A stretch of DNA of 64,000 nt, from NCBI GenBank assembly GCA_050250895.1, contig JBFWNU010000001.1, positions 2,948,891 to 3,012,890 on the forward strand, written 5' to 3'. Source of the DNA: Vulcanimicrobiota bacterium (lineage in GTDB: Bacteria; Vulcanimicrobiota; Xenobia; Xenobiales; JADMJV01). Shown one piece after another: positions 29,920 through 40,891 of this stretch (its first letter is position 1; each line of letters opens with the position of its first letter). Under the pieces are notes generated by a model. It did not search any database, was not told the DNA's origin, and was given only the letters and a program-made list of their open reading frames with translations. Made by a program: the position numbers and the translations under genes.

Positions 29920-31149
29920 TTAGCGGCGAACGACAGAGCGATAGCGAACCGGCCCGGTCAACCGTTCGAGACTACCCTCATCGACGAGTCGCCGGAGCCA
30001 CTCTCGCGCCTGTGTTCTACTAATCAAGAGTTCGTCAGCCACCTGCGCTTCGGTCTTTTCACACTCCATGCGGGAACAAATCTCTCTGACTTTCGCAAAG
30101 AGTTCTTCCGCAGGGGCCCTAGTCCCGGATTTCGTAATCGTCGGGTACGCGCTCTGCTCAGATGTACAATACTTCGGTTCTCTGGAGGTAAATAGCGGGA
30201 TTTGTCCACCTCCGTTTGGAGGGACCGTGAGTGTCTCCAGCAGTTCTCGAGCGTTGCTCGGGTTGGGCCAGCGAAGTGCGCCTTTTCGCTCGAGGGCCTC
30301 TAATCCTCTCGTCAGGGTGCCAGTGGAACGAACGTAAACGGGGATTAGCCGCATGCGGTCGAGTTGCTCGACGGCTCCCGCCCAGGTACCGCCCTTCTCG
30401 AGGTCTGAATTGACGATCAATGCAGCGTCGGACAGAGCATAGATGAATTTGTTGCGTTTCATGGCATTGCCGACGTGGAATCGCGCCGAGGGATCAAAGG
30501 GAGAGATGAGAGTCAGCCGATTGGTCAGGATTGCATTCCGGTTGTCTCGATTCAGAACGGCCCTCTCAAGGCTATCTGCCAGAACTCCGACGGCCAAGCC
30601 GCCAGCGTCTATTGATCCGGTCATCGCTGCGAGGTCAACGCCGCGCGCGCCCCCTGATACGACAGGTCGCTCTGCTCTGGCGGCGAGCTGAGCGACTGTA
30701 CGGGTCCAATCTAGCAATTCCTCTCGGACATTCCGCGAGCCAACTATCGCTAGGCCGCCCGCGTCCAGATTTCTGATATTCCCACACCCGTATATGATAG
30801 GCGGCGACTCCTCCGCAAGACGACGCTTTAGCCTCAGAGGATAGCTGGCGTCCGCGCGGCTCAAGGTCCAAATAGCCTTGCTCTGCCACCTTTCAAGCGC
30901 CTGACTGAGCAAGAACCCTCTGGTCAGCAACGAAACGACTCTCTCCCCGTCTATCCCGGCGCTAGCGCACGGCGCATGAAGACCATCGGTCAGGAGATCC
31001 GCGGGCTCGCGACCAACTCTTCGAAGCTCGCGGGCGAGTCGATTGTATTCGGTCAATGTAAGCGGCTTCTCCGTAAATTCTCTCCTTCCCACAATGAGCG
31101 GCGCAGTGAGGAGCAATATTGCCTTGGTGTTGTTAGAAAGTTCGATCAT
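29920..31149 (-). CDS. DprA/Smf-domain protein (RqlI-like)
   Basis: [29 protein letters not shown] and GGTWAGA motifs; C-terminal wHTH-like region. Confidence 0.9.
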   Translation of the reverse strand: MIELSNNTKAILLLTAPLIVGRREFTEKPLTLTEYNRLARELRRVGREPADLLTDGLHAPCASAGIDGERVVSLLTRGFLLSQALERWQSKAIWTLSRADASYPLRLKRRLAEESPPIIYGCGNIRNLDAGGLAIVGSRNVREELLDWTRTVAQLAARAERPVVSGGARGVDLAAMTGSIDAGGLAVGVLADSLERAVLNRDNRNAILTNRLTLISPFDPSARFHVGNAMKRNKFIYALSDAALIVNSDLEKGGTWAGAVEQLDRMRLIPVYVRSTGTLTRGLEALERKGALRWPNPSNARELLETLTVPPNGGGQIPLFTSREPKYCTSEQSAYPTITKSGTRAPAEELFAKVREICSRMECEKTEAQVADELLISRTQAREWLRRLVDEGSLERLTGPVRYRSVVRR

Positions 31150-33227
31150 CCGAACCCCGTCCGAGCGAGCGCAAAGGGAAATACCTCGTCACTTCCGTTC
31201 TGCAGGAGCAGCCAGGCTGCCACTGTGAAAGTCCACCGTGAATCGACCATATCATCGACCAGAAGAACCGGCCCCTCAGGTATATTGCCACACAGACCCA
31301 ATGCGCCGTCTAGATTTAGAGCCTGCATGGAGGAGTTCTTCATAGACTTCTGCTCCGGTCGTTCAGCAACCTGTTTGAACACAGGTTGAAAGGTTAAACC
31401 AATGTGCTTCGCAAGCCGCTCAGCGAAGTCGGGAACCAGAGTCGGATGTCGCGCTGAGGGGATACAAGTCACCCAGGTAGGGGATGGAACGGGCGCCCAG
31501 TCTTTGAGCATAGCCGCTGAAGCGGCTACAAGATCATCCGTGAACCGACGCTTTTGGTATTTTCCGTCCCGAACCAGCCGTCCCCAGCCAGCATCGCCCC
31601 AGACGCAGAGGGCTCTTCCTCCCTGCGCCCTTCGGTTCTGCGGGATTGGTCCGCTGACGGCGTAACTTGTGAGTCCGCCTGGCGGCCACTGCTTTCGTGG
31701 CTCAATGGGCACGTTTGTTCGACGCAGAAAGGCTTGGGCTTCTTGCACAAGAATCGGATCTGCTTCATCCGGCAGCGGTTGAAGGTTTGACGGGGTGACA
31801 ATCTCTGGCTCTCCGTCCAGCGCGCGAACGAGGAAATCCATATGGCCTGTCGTCAAATTCACATACTCCTGCATCTGGGCCTGTTCCTGATGCCTTAACT
31901 CTGTTAGTCGCTGCGCCCTATCCCAGAAGCTTTGCTCGAGGCGGGCGGGCGTAAGCTGCCATTTCGTTTCGAACTTTACAATGGGCGGTGGCGACTCGAG
32001 TGCTAGGAGGTCTAGCGTTTTCTCTATCCGGTTTCGGCCGACATTTGCGACTTTAAGCAGTTCGGGAACACTCAGCCCTTCAGGGCTTCGAGTAAGTGCG
32101 TTGACTACTTCCTCAGCTTCCTCGCTAGTTGGAAACGCAGACTCAATGAAGAAGTTGGTGATTTCGGTGTCTTCTTCGCCGCTGAGAAGCACACCGTAAG
32201 CCGATTTAAGTGCCCGACCAGCGCGGCCGACTTGCTGATAGTAGGCAACGACAGATCCCGGTGCTTGATAGTGGACGACAAAGGCGAGATCGGGCTTGTC
32301 AAATCCCATCCCGAGCGCCATGGTTGCGACCAGAGCCTTCACATCGTTTCCCATGAGCCTATTCTCGAGGTCAACCCGCGCGCTGCCCGATTTCCCCGTA
32401 TAAGCCTCAACAGGCAAACCCTGGCATTTCAGCCAGTCGGTCACCTGATGGGCGTCCCGGATTGTGAGAGTATAGATGATCCCGCTGCCGTCAATGTTAG
32501 GCAAGTGCTCAGCCAACCACGCGAGCCGCTCGGCTTGACCGGGCAAGATGATGGTTTGAAGGTGCAGGGACGGCCTGCCTAGGGGACCTCGGATCACCTC
32601 GAGTTGCGGCCCTAGAACGCTTCGCAAATCTTCCATCACTCGCGAATTCGCGGTAGCGGTAGTGGCTAACAAACGTAAGTTCTTGGGGAGATTCCCTATG
32701 ATCCTCTGGAGCAAGCGGTAATGTGGTCGAAAGTCGTGGCCCCAGTCTGAAACGCAGTGGGCTTCGTCAACGATCAAGAGCGATATGCGGGGCGCTAAAG
32801 ATGCAAGGACTCTTTCGCGAAAGCGCTCGCTTGACAGGCGTTCCGGCGAAATGAGGAGAATGTCGACAGAGTCGTTCGCGACGGCCGTCTCGACAGGGTC
32901 CCAGTCGCATTGATTTTCACTGTTGATGGTCTCAGCAAGGAGACCCATCCGGCGAGCCGCCTCGATTTGATTTCGCATCAATGCCAGCAATGGAGAGATG
33001 AGGATGGCCGGCCCGCACCCTGCTTCCCTGAGTAGTTTGGTGCCGATGAAATAGACAGAACTCTTGCCCCAGCCGGTTCTTTGAACGACCAACAATCGCC
33101 CCTTCCCCTCGACAGTATGGCGAATCGCGTCCTCTTGGCCGTGCCGGAACCAAGTGCCCGGCTGCTGTGTCGCCAAGCGAAGAAGTTCCGCAGCTCGCGC
33201 CGGATCGTAACGTATCTTGAACGACAT
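31146..33227 (-). CDS. RecQ-like helicase with C-terminal PRTase-like domain (RqlH-like)
   Basis: [42 protein letters not shown]; C-terminal [13 protein letters not shown]. Confidence 0.92.
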   Translation of the reverse strand: MSFKIRYDPARAAELLRLATQQPGTWFRHGQEDAIRHTVEGKGRLLVVQRTGWGKSSVYFIGTKLLREAGCGPAILISPLLALMRNQIEAARRMGLLAETINSENQCDWDPVETAVANDSVDILLISPERLSSERFRERVLASLAPRISLLIVDEAHCVSDWGHDFRPHYRLLQRIIGNLPKNLRLLATTATANSRVMEDLRSVLGPQLEVIRGPLGRPSLHLQTIILPGQAERLAWLAEHLPNIDGSGIIYTLTIRDAHQVTDWLKCQGLPVEAYTGKSGSARVDLENRLMGNDVKALVATMALGMGFDKPDLAFVVHYQAPGSVVAYYQQVGRAGRALKSAYGVLLSGEEDTEITNFFIESAFPTSEEAEEVVNALTRSPEGLSVPELLKVANVGRNRIEKTLDLLALESPPPIVKFETKWQLTPARLEQSFWDRAQRLTELRHQEQAQMQEYVNLTTGHMDFLVRALDGEPEIVTPSNLQPLPDEADPILVQEAQAFLRRTNVPIEPRKQWPPGGLTSYAVSGPIPQNRRAQGGRALCVWGDAGWGRLVRDGKYQKRRFTDDLVAASAAMLKDWAPVPSPTWVTCIPSARHPTLVPDFAERLAKHIGLTFQPVFKQVAERPEQKSMKNSSMQALNLDGALGLCGNIPEGPVLLVDDMVDSRWTFTVAAWLLLQNGSDEVFPFALARTGFG

Positions 33228-33447
33228 AGTTAGCCTCCACAGTCAACGCCTCCGACTCATACAACGCCAGTTCCCGCTGGGCTTGCCTCGTGGGCGGTCA
33301 GCGCCGGTCGTTGTCCCAGTTCCATCGGACGACGTGACATCTCGCAGCGAAGGGTTACGAGCCCCAGCGGAACGAATCTTTAACACAAGCGCCGACCGAA
33401 CCTCTTTGACGTGGAGGCCGCGACTCCCTGGACGGTCGAACGCCAGC

Positions 33448-33690
33448 CTATGGGTCTGAGGAGTGGCGCTCACCCTCCAGGTCGTTTCGAAGTCTGAGGA
33501 TAGTTCCGTGAGCCAAGTCTAACATGACTAATGCACAGCCACGGCAATACCCCTTCTCGACCCGCCCCTCTTTGACCAGCAGGACCAGGTCGCCCTTCAA
33601 GATTTGATGCGCTTTACTGTGATAGCACTTTCTTCTTCTACGGGCAGTCTGGATGGCTAGGGTCTTCAAAACGGCTTTGTGTCTAGCCAC
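33448..33690 (-). CDS. Small basic zinc-finger-like protein (PARP-ZnF-like pattern)
   Basis: TARRRRKCYHSKAHQILKGD...YCRGCA; GTG start overlaps the helicase end. Confidence 0.65.
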   Translation of the reverse strand: MARHKAVLKTLAIQTARRRRKCYHSKAHQILKGDLVLLVKEGRVEKGYCRGCALVMLDLAHGTILRLRNDLEGERHSSDP

Positions 33691-35881
33691 TGCCGTCCCT
33701 CAATTCGTACACAACCTGGTCAAGAATCTCGTCCATTCCGTCGTGCGCTTTCCTCAGCTCTTCTAGATCGAGGGAGTCGCGGTCATTCGCGTCGATGTCT
33801 AAAAAACGATTGACTGCGAGGTTCAAGAGCACAATCGCTGCAGCCAGATTGTCGCTGGCAGGCGTCCTCACTTTGCTGACGAGCTCTCTTCCCGGGACCT
33901 GGAGCCCGAGCCGATTCAGGAGTTCCTTCGCTGCCGAGCGAGTTCTTTCGTTGAGGCGTCGGCGGGCTTGCTGCCGCGCCCTCTGGGGTTGAACAGGCTG
34001 CGGGATGAACGGCACTACGCTTGCGGAGTCATTTGGTTCTGAGGCTCCCAACTGTCTCTCCAGGTCAGCTTGTGCGATCCCCAACTCCTCTGGGTCAAAA
34101 CCTTTTAGGCGGATTGTTCGAAAAAGGTCGTCTATCACTCGCTGTCGCTCCTCGACGCTGAGCGGTCGCCCGAGGTAGTGGTCCTGCACAAGAGAATCAA
34201 TAGTTTCGCTTACGACTTCGATGTCCGGCCGAAATCTGCGAACCTTTTTCGATGTACTTGAGGAGAATACTCGGGACCCGTTCGCGACTTCTTGGAGGAG
34301 ACTCCGGTCATCTTGGTCAAAGGATCTAAGCTCTTCCCACCAGCGATCGACATTCAACCCCAGGTGAGAAATAACGTAAGCTCGGTTATCCGGATGGCCA
34401 GGCTGCGCCTCTTTGATAACGCGCATCACTCGGCCTATAAACTGAATGTATGGAACAATGTGGCGGAAGGGGCGAAAAATCGCCGCGACACTTAGGTTGG
34501 GGTAGTCGGCACCTTCATTGAGGATAGAAACCTGGCAGATGACATCTAATTGGAGATTCTTGAGCGCTGCTCGGGTTCGACCCTGCTCTTCTTCCGTTTG
34601 CTTGCTGTGTAGGACTGCGGCCCGAAGGCCCCTTTCTTCGTAAAGAGAACGGATGGATTTCGCGTGGTCTATAGAGCAGGCGGCCGCTATGATTTGATGG
34701 TGAGCGGTTCCATCACTTCGCAATTCCCGCAAGCTCTGAATAGAAGCGTCAACGATGTGTTCGTTGCACTCACGGGAAAGAGCCACTCCTCGACTGAACC
34801 ACGTCGTCTCCTTCAACCTGACGACTTCGTCTATGCTGTACACTTTGCCCGGTTCATTGCTGGTGAACCGAAGTTCGGTTGGCGCGAGCCTTCGGCTGGC
34901 GATGTCTTTGATATAGCCCTCGCGGATCGCACTGGCAATTGGATAGCGATAGATGAGCTCTCCGTCGACGGGTTGCCCATCACTCCTGAGCGGAGTCGCC
35001 GTGAAACTTACAACCTTTGCCTTGGGAAAACGTGAAAGCGTCTCCTTCCAGGACGGCGCAGGGGCATGGTGCGCCTCATCCACAAGGATCAAATCAAAGT
35101 AGCGGGGGCCGAACCGATCCAGCCACTTTGCCCTCGTCGTCGCTAATTGCTGTATGTTTGCCAAAAGGATGTTGGCGCTATCACAATCGTGAATGTTTGC
35201 GTTCGGTTCGAGTACCGCCGTGGTCGGATGGCTCCCGTTCGCAAAGACGGCAGTCTTCTTCCAAAAGTTTTGCGTGTTTGATGCATCCATGGATTTCTGG
35301 ACCGTGCGCAGGATCTCAAGGTTGGGCACGATAACGAGAACCCTGCCCGACGAGATTTCGAACGGCATTAAAGCCATCGTTCCCGTCTTTCCGCATCCCA
35401 CGGGCAGTTGGATGATCGCAGGGCGCGCCCTCTCCCGAGAGAAATAGGATCGAGCGGCGTGATATGCAGCTTTTTGCGGCTTCCGTAGCTCATCGTTTCC
35501 GTCGATATTCACCCGGCTTGTTAGAAAGAGCTTATGTTTGTATTCTCGACCCAGTTCTGCAAGCATGGCTGCTATCCAGGCGTTGGCCGCTTCGGATTCC
35601 GAACATTCGAGGGCGAACTCGAGGACGCATCGTGCCTCAATTTTTCTGTCGGCGTCTATCAGGCAACTCGCTTGGCTGATTAGGTTGACAGAAGCGCGCT
35701 CGCCCCGACCATCAAGGAGAAGCAACTCTGCGATTTGTCCCTCTTTGGTGGCTACGTGGCTAGCCAGCCACCTGATGGCTCTCCGCGACCCGGCAGGATT
35801 GACCTTCATCGCCTCCAACTCGAGTAGGGACTGTGATTTCTCAGTCTTGAGTCGACGCAGTTCCAAGTCTTGCGGTCTCAT
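33683..35881 (-). CDS. SF2 (ResIII-like DEAH) helicase with N-terminal helical/TPR-like domain
   Basis: LPVGCGKT, DEAHH, FTATPLRSD, LNEGAD and QFIGRVMR motifs; ATG at 35881 overlaps the upstream TGA (ATGA). Confidence 0.88.
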   Translation of the reverse strand: MRPQDLELRRLKTEKSQSLLELEAMKVNPAGSRRAIRWLASHVATKEGQIAELLLLDGRGERASVNLISQASCLIDADRKIEARCVLEFALECSESEAANAWIAAMLAELGREYKHKLFLTSRVNIDGNDELRKPQKAAYHAARSYFSRERARPAIIQLPVGCGKTGTMALMPFEISSGRVLVIVPNLEILRTVQKSMDASNTQNFWKKTAVFANGSHPTTAVLEPNANIHDCDSANILLANIQQLATTRAKWLDRFGPRYFDLILVDEAHHAPAPSWKETLSRFPKAKVVSFTATPLRSDGQPVDGELIYRYPIASAIREGYIKDIASRRLAPTELRFTSNEPGKVYSIDEVVRLKETTWFSRGVALSRECNEHIVDASIQSLRELRSDGTAHHQIIAAACSIDHAKSIRSLYEERGLRAAVLHSKQTEEEQGRTRAALKNLQLDVICQVSILNEGADYPNLSVAAIFRPFRHIVPYIQFIGRVMRVIKEAQPGHPDNRAYVISHLGLNVDRWWEELRSFDQDDRSLLQEVANGSRVFSSSTSKKVRRFRPDIEVVSETIDSLVQDHYLGRPLSVEERQRVIDDLFRTIRLKGFDPEELGIAQADLERQLGASEPNDSASVVPFIPQPVQPQRARQQARRRLNERTRSAAKELLNRLGLQVPGRELVSKVRTPASDNLAAAIVLLNLAVNRFLDIDANDRDSLDLEELRKAHDGMDEILDQVVYELRDGSG

Positions 35882-36390
35882 TGGTAATACCAGAAGAATG
35901 CCCTGCAGTTCGAGAAATTCACCACACAAACAAACCCGGGCTTTTTGAAGGGGTTGGCTTGGAGTTGAGCACGCTTGGATTCCCGTAGGTTCTCGAGGTT
36001 GCCGTCTTGCGTTCCGCTGACCTCGAGCAGAATGTCATCGCCGAGCCAATAGTCCGCTCTTTCGCCTCGTCTCGTGACCTCAGTAAATTCGAGTTGCGCG
36101 AGGGTCGTCACCAATATGCAACTCAAGCCAAGCGCGGCGAACTCAGTAATGACACTGGTTTGGTAAGTCTTCTGACACCTTCGGTAGTCGTTGGCTAGTC
36201 CCGCCCACTGCAACTTGAAATTGCATAGGGTCGGTACAGAGCCCTGGGGTCGGTGATCTACAACCAACTCGCGATCTCCGTCGGTATAGTTCGAGTTCGC
36301 TAACAGGCGAATGACCAGAGGTGAACGCCAGTCGTCGGCCCGAATGTTTGGATGATGGCTCCCGAGCTGTTGAACATCGAATGTTGGCAT
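35878..36390 (-). CDS. Putative restriction-fold nuclease (D...EVSG variant)
   Basis: TEFAALG...RRGERADYWLG...LLEVSGT pattern; start at 36390 or 36474. Confidence 0.6.
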   Translation of the reverse strand: MPTFDVQQLGSHHPNIRADDWRSPLVIRLLANSNYTDGDRELVVDHRPQGSVPTLCNFKLQWAGLANDYRRCQKTYQTSVITEFAALGLSCILVTTLAQLEFTEVTRRGERADYWLGDDILLEVSGTQDGNLENLRESKRAQLQANPFKKPGFVCVVNFSNCRAFFWYYQ

Positions 36391-36474
36391 GCTTCGAGTT
36401 TTCGGGGTTTTGGGTGGTTCTCCTGGTCCGTCTCCGCGAACCAGGAGACGTTGGCGCACCGGCTCATGCATCAC

Positions 36475-36489
36475 TGACAGATCCTGTCA
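36475..36489. promoter_or_regulatory. TGACA-N5-TGTCA palindrome upstream of the nuclease-helicase operon
   Basis: TGACAgatccTGTCA. Confidence 0.4.
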
Positions 36490-36638
36490 TCGAGGGATGC
36501 GACAGTCGAAAGACGAGTTGGGTGCAACCCCGGTTTCGTGTGAATCTGATCCTCTCGATTGCAAGGTGTCTCAGTTAAATGAAGAAGCCTCCCTGATCTA
36601 CTAAAACCCTCCGGCGGAGCCGGAAACGGGAGGCTACC

Positions 36639-37908
36639 ATGGGATTCGGCTTGCACGCCACAACACCTATTTCGCTAAGGGGGACTTCACGAGCGAGACA
36701 GCACCCCAGGGAGCGCCATTGCGAGGCTCCTTCGGCTTTCAAAATGGCTTTTGAGCGAGCGAAGGAGAGACTTGCGAAGATCCTGGAGCGGGTCTCCGAT
36801 GAGAGATTCTTGGAGCCTGGGGAGTTGGCCGAATTCGAGCGTCGCCTCCACCGAGAGGTCGCTCAAGAGTTCATCGATCCCGTGGTCGCGGCTGTGGTCC
36901 AGGACCTCCATTATGACGACGAGGTCGAGGTTCGAGCAACCATCTTGAAGATGAAGCGGCCTCATCTCAACCTCCAGGCTCCTCGCCAGACGGTTACCAT
37001 TACGTTCCTCGGCGGCTCGAAGCAGCAGGTGGTCACTCCCTACTATCTCTCGCGCCCCCCGAGAACCAAAGGTCGACCTCGCAAGACGCGGCGAAAGGTG
37101 GCCGACAGGGGGCTCTATCCGGTCCTGGAGGTGCTCGGAATCCGCTTCCGAGCATCGCTGGCGCTCACCAGCGAGGTGGCTCGCCTTGTGGCCGTCGGCA
37201 CCATCGATCAGGCCAAAGACTCCCTTGAGCGCCGGGGAATCTCGCTTGGCCGCAAGGTCATCAGCCGCATCGCCAAACGCCTCGCTATGCGAGGTCTCGC
37301 CTCGCCTATCGGGACTGGGTAGAAGAGCAAACGCAGCGTGGTTTCCGCGGAGGTTCCGCCAAGGGCCTTCGGCTTGGGATCGGATGCGACGGTGGCCGAG
37401 TTCGGTTGCGATATCCCAAGAAGCGAGGGCGACCCCGGAAGAGCGGCAGGCGGGGTTACGATGGGGAATGGAAGGAACCGAAGATTCTCATCATCTACGA
37501 GTTCGACGAGCATGGCGGCAAGAGGAAGGGTGGCCTTTGTCGGTATGACGCCAGCATGCTTCGAGCGGATGACTTCTCTGGGATCCTACGCTCGCTGCTA
37601 TGCGAAATCGGTGCCCACGAAGCCAGAGAATGGGTCATTCTCGGGGATGGTGCCGACTGGATCTGGAACCGCGTGCGGGCGCTGGTCGAGGAGCGGAAAT
37701 GTTCAACGGCCGGGAAGCCCGCCGCCGAAGGAATCTGTTCAACTACTTCAGGGACCGAGCGGAGAAGATGCGATACGAGACCTTCAAGCAGCGGGGTATC
37801 CCCGTCGGTTCCGGGGCCGTTGAGAGCTGTGTCCGAAGGGTCGTCAACCTGAGATTGAAGGGCAATGAGGAAGTCTTGGCCGTGAATCTAATTCAACTTC
37901 GAAGATGA
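36639..37908 (+). mobile_element. Degenerate transposase (ISKra4/ISLre2-like), with several frameshifts
   Basis: WKEPK, LGDGADWIWN and MRYETFKQRGIPVGSGAVES...NLRLKG occur in different frames; element ends not defined. Confidence 0.75.
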
Positions 37909-37921
37909 TCTTGACCGAGCC

Positions 37922-38594
37922 TTGCCGATTTGCGGCCGACGACGAGCGACGGTTCTAGCGGTGACCGCCGTCGATCCGGCCCGACTGAGGGCGCGAGCAC
38001 GCCGCCTTAGCAAGGAGGACATCCTCCTCATTCTGGACCGAGCCATCGAGCACGTGCCCAAAGACCAGCTCGCTGGTCTGCTCGGGTGGCAACTCAAGCC
38101 CGAGGAGGTCGCACCTGACCAGGGGTCTCTACTGGAGACGATCGAAGAGTTCGTTCGAGCCAGCTAGCGAGGCGAATACTATCAGAGCTTTTCCGGTCAA
38201 CTGGAGGAACAGCAACGAGGTGTCGGCGGGGACCCTGGCCTGGATGGCGGAGTGCGAGAGGCTTTTTACGCGCTGTATCCTTTCCCAGGAGGAACCGGTT
38301 GTGCAGCGTCAGGCGTTCGATTCTCTCTTCGCACTGTTAAGGTGCCTGGACGATGGCGACGAGATCGTGTTTTTTGCCGACGAAGGGGGCTCCTGGCAGG
38401 TCTGCCTCGACTGGTCCCAGGTCTTGCGAGCCTACTTTGCCTGTCTGTCACAAACCGTCGAGCCCACCTCTTACGCAAAGGCGGTCGATGCAATCATCAA
38501 CGACTTCGTAAGCCACGACCGCGTGAGACACTTGCATGTGGCTCTGGCTCTGGCCACGCCGGCCCAGAAAGCGGCGCTGGCGAACGAAGCCTGA
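37922..38594 (+). pseudogene. Hypothetical gene broken by a stop (38165) and a frameshift
   Basis: Two ORFs join through GEYYQSF/VNWRN; IVFFADEGGSWQV motif. Confidence 0.5.
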
Positions 38595-38651
38595 ACAAGA
38601 GTTAGCAATTCCATCGACGGGAGCCCTGATCGCCGGGCCGAAGATGGCCCG

Positions 38652-39655
38652 ATGTCGGATTCCTACGATTCTCCGTGGAAGGAAGCGCTGCACGTCTACT
38701 TCCCCCAATTTCTGGAGCTGCTGTTTCCCGAGGTCCACCAGGCCATCGACTGGAGCCGCGGCTGGCGGGTGCTCGACAATGAGCTACTCGGCAGCGCCGC
38801 CACCACAGCCCGGCGGGTCGACGTGTTGATGGAGGTGACCAGGCTCGACGGCGAGGCCAGCTGTATTCTCGTTCATGTCGAGGTCCAGAATCAGCACGAA
38901 GCCGGCTTCTCGGCCCGACTCTTCGACTATCACTATCGAATCAGACTCCATTTTGGCAAGCCGGTCTGCACGCTGGTCGTGCTCGGCGATCCGAGCCGGA
39001 CGTGGCGCCCCGACAGCCATGAAGAAGAGCTGCTCGGCTGCCGTCATCGCCTGGAGTTTCCGACCGTCAAGCTCGAAGAGCTTCGCCCCGTGATTCGCGA
39101 GCTCGAAGCCAACAATAATCCGTTCGGTCCGGTGGTAGCCGCTCATCTGCACGTCCGGTCGGCCGGCCCGATAGCCCAAAGCGGCAGCGCATCAAACAGC
39201 GGCTCGTGCGCCAGCTCTACAAGACCGGCTTCACCCGGGAGCAGATCCGGCAGCTGTTTAGGTTGATTGATTGGTTTCTGCAGCTAAGTCGGGAACAGGA
39301 GGAAGTCTTCTGGACTCAGCTAAGAAGATACGAGAGGAAGAATAAGATGCCGTACATCACCAGTGTCGAGCGCATGGGAATGGAGAGGGGCCTGGCCGAG
39401 GGTCACGAGAAAGGCCTGGCTGAGGGCCTGGAAAAGGGCATCGAGGCCGGCCACGCCCGGGGCGTTAGAGATTCGATTCGTACCGTGCTGGCCGCCCGGT
39501 TTGGCGAGGGCTTTCTTGAGCAACTCGGCGGCCTTGAGGATGTGTCCGACTCGAGCCAGCTTTCTTCCCTGACCTTGGCGGCGGTGTCCGCGGTCACCTT
39601 TGAGGACTTCCTGACGGCTCTATCCGCGACCCGTTCGCTAGCGAACGAAGCCTGA
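38652..39655 (+). pseudogene. Rpn-family PD-(D/E)XK protein, copy 1 (frameshift at ~39168)
   Basis: YDSPWKEAL, RVDVL...LVHVEVQ, LFRLIDW, MPYITSVER; CCC here versus CCCC in copy 2. Confidence 0.8.
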
Positions 39656-39712
39656 ACAAGAGTTAGCAATTCCATCGACGGGAGCCCCGATCGCCGGGCC
39701 GAAGATGGCCCG

Positions 39713-40826
39713 ATGTCGGATTCCTACGATTCTCCGTGGAAGGAAGCGCTGCACGTCTACTTCCCCCAATTTCTGGAGCTGCTGTTTCCCGAGGTCCACC
39801 AGGCCATCGACTGGGGCCGCGGCTGGCGGGTGCTCGACAATGAGCTACTCGGCAGCGCCGCCACCACAGCCCGGCGGGTCGACGTGTTGATGGAGGTGAC
39901 CAGGCTCGACGGCGAGGCCAGCTGTATTCTCGTTCATGTCGAGGTCCAGAATCAGCACGAAGCCGGCTTCTCGGCCCGACTCTTCGACTATCACTATCGA
40001 ATCAGACTCCATTTTGGCAAGCCGGTCTGCACGCTGGTCGTGCTCGGCGATCCGAGCCGGGCGTGGCGCCCCGACAGCCATGAAGAAGAGCTGCTCGGCT
40101 GCCGTCATCGCCTGGAGTTTCCGACCGTCAAGCTCGAAGAGCTTCGCCCCGTGATTCGCGAGCTCGAAGCCAACAAGAACCCGTTCGGTCCGGTGGTAGC
40201 CGCTCATCTGCACGTCCGCTCGGCCGGCCCCGATAGCCCGAAGCGACAGCGCATCAAGCAGCGCCTCGTGCGCCAGCTCTACAAGACCGGCTTCACCCGG
40301 GAGCAGGTCCGGCAACTCTTCAACCCAGGCGGTGCGTAGCCGGGCCGCCGGATTGCAGCGATAGCGCGTTCAAATGCAAGGAGCGGTGCCTGCGACGCAG
40401 CAGTTGGGCGTGATAGCGTCGCAAGACAAGGTCCGGTCGCGCATCGCCTGGGTTCAACTGATGGATTGGTTTCTGCAGCTGAGTCGGGAGCAGGAGGAAG
40501 TCTTCTGGGCTCAGCTAAGAAGATACGAGAGGAAGAATAAGATGCCGTACATCACCAGCGTCGAGCGCATGGGAATGGAAAAGGGACGCGAAAAGGGCCT
40601 GGCCGAGGGTCACGAAAAAGGCTTGGCTGAGGGCGTCGAGAAGGGGCACGCACGGGGTGTGAGAGATTCGATTCGCACCGTTCTTGCCGCCCGCTTTGGC
40701 GAAGGCTGCCTTGAGCAACTCGGCGGGCTTGAGGATGTGTCCGACCCGACCCAGCTTTCCGCCCTCACCCTGGCTGCTGCTACGGTGCCAACCATTGAGG
40801 AGTTCCTCACGATTCTTTTAGTCTAA
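39713..40826 (+). pseudogene. Rpn-family PD-(D/E)XK protein, copy 2 (interrupted by a 133-bp insert)
   Basis: Same motifs as copy 1; removing 40322-40454 restores the frame LFQLMDW. Confidence 0.8.
40322..40454. mobile_element. 133-bp miniature inverted-repeat element (MITE/REPIN-like)
   Basis: 15-bp terminal IRs aacccaggcggtgcg / cgcatcgcctgggtt (1 mismatch); absent from copy 1. Confidence 0.75.
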
Positions 40827-40828
40827 GA

Positions 40829-40859
40829 CGAGTTCACCGTCAGTGAGAGGGTGAACTCG
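40829..40859. terminator. Hairpin between convergent genes
   Basis: cgagttcacc...ggtgaactcg, a 10-bp perfect stem; no clear U-tract. Confidence 0.45.
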
Positions 40860-40891
40860 ACGGATGCCACCCCACCCCGCTCCCCTCCCGC

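Larger units (their letters stand above)
38580..40826 (+). repeat. Tandem duplication (period 1061 bp) of an Rpn-like gene unit
   Basis: gcgaacgaagcctgaacaagagttagcaattccatcg starts at both 38580 and 39641; about the first 600 bp are nearly identical. Confidence 0.92.
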
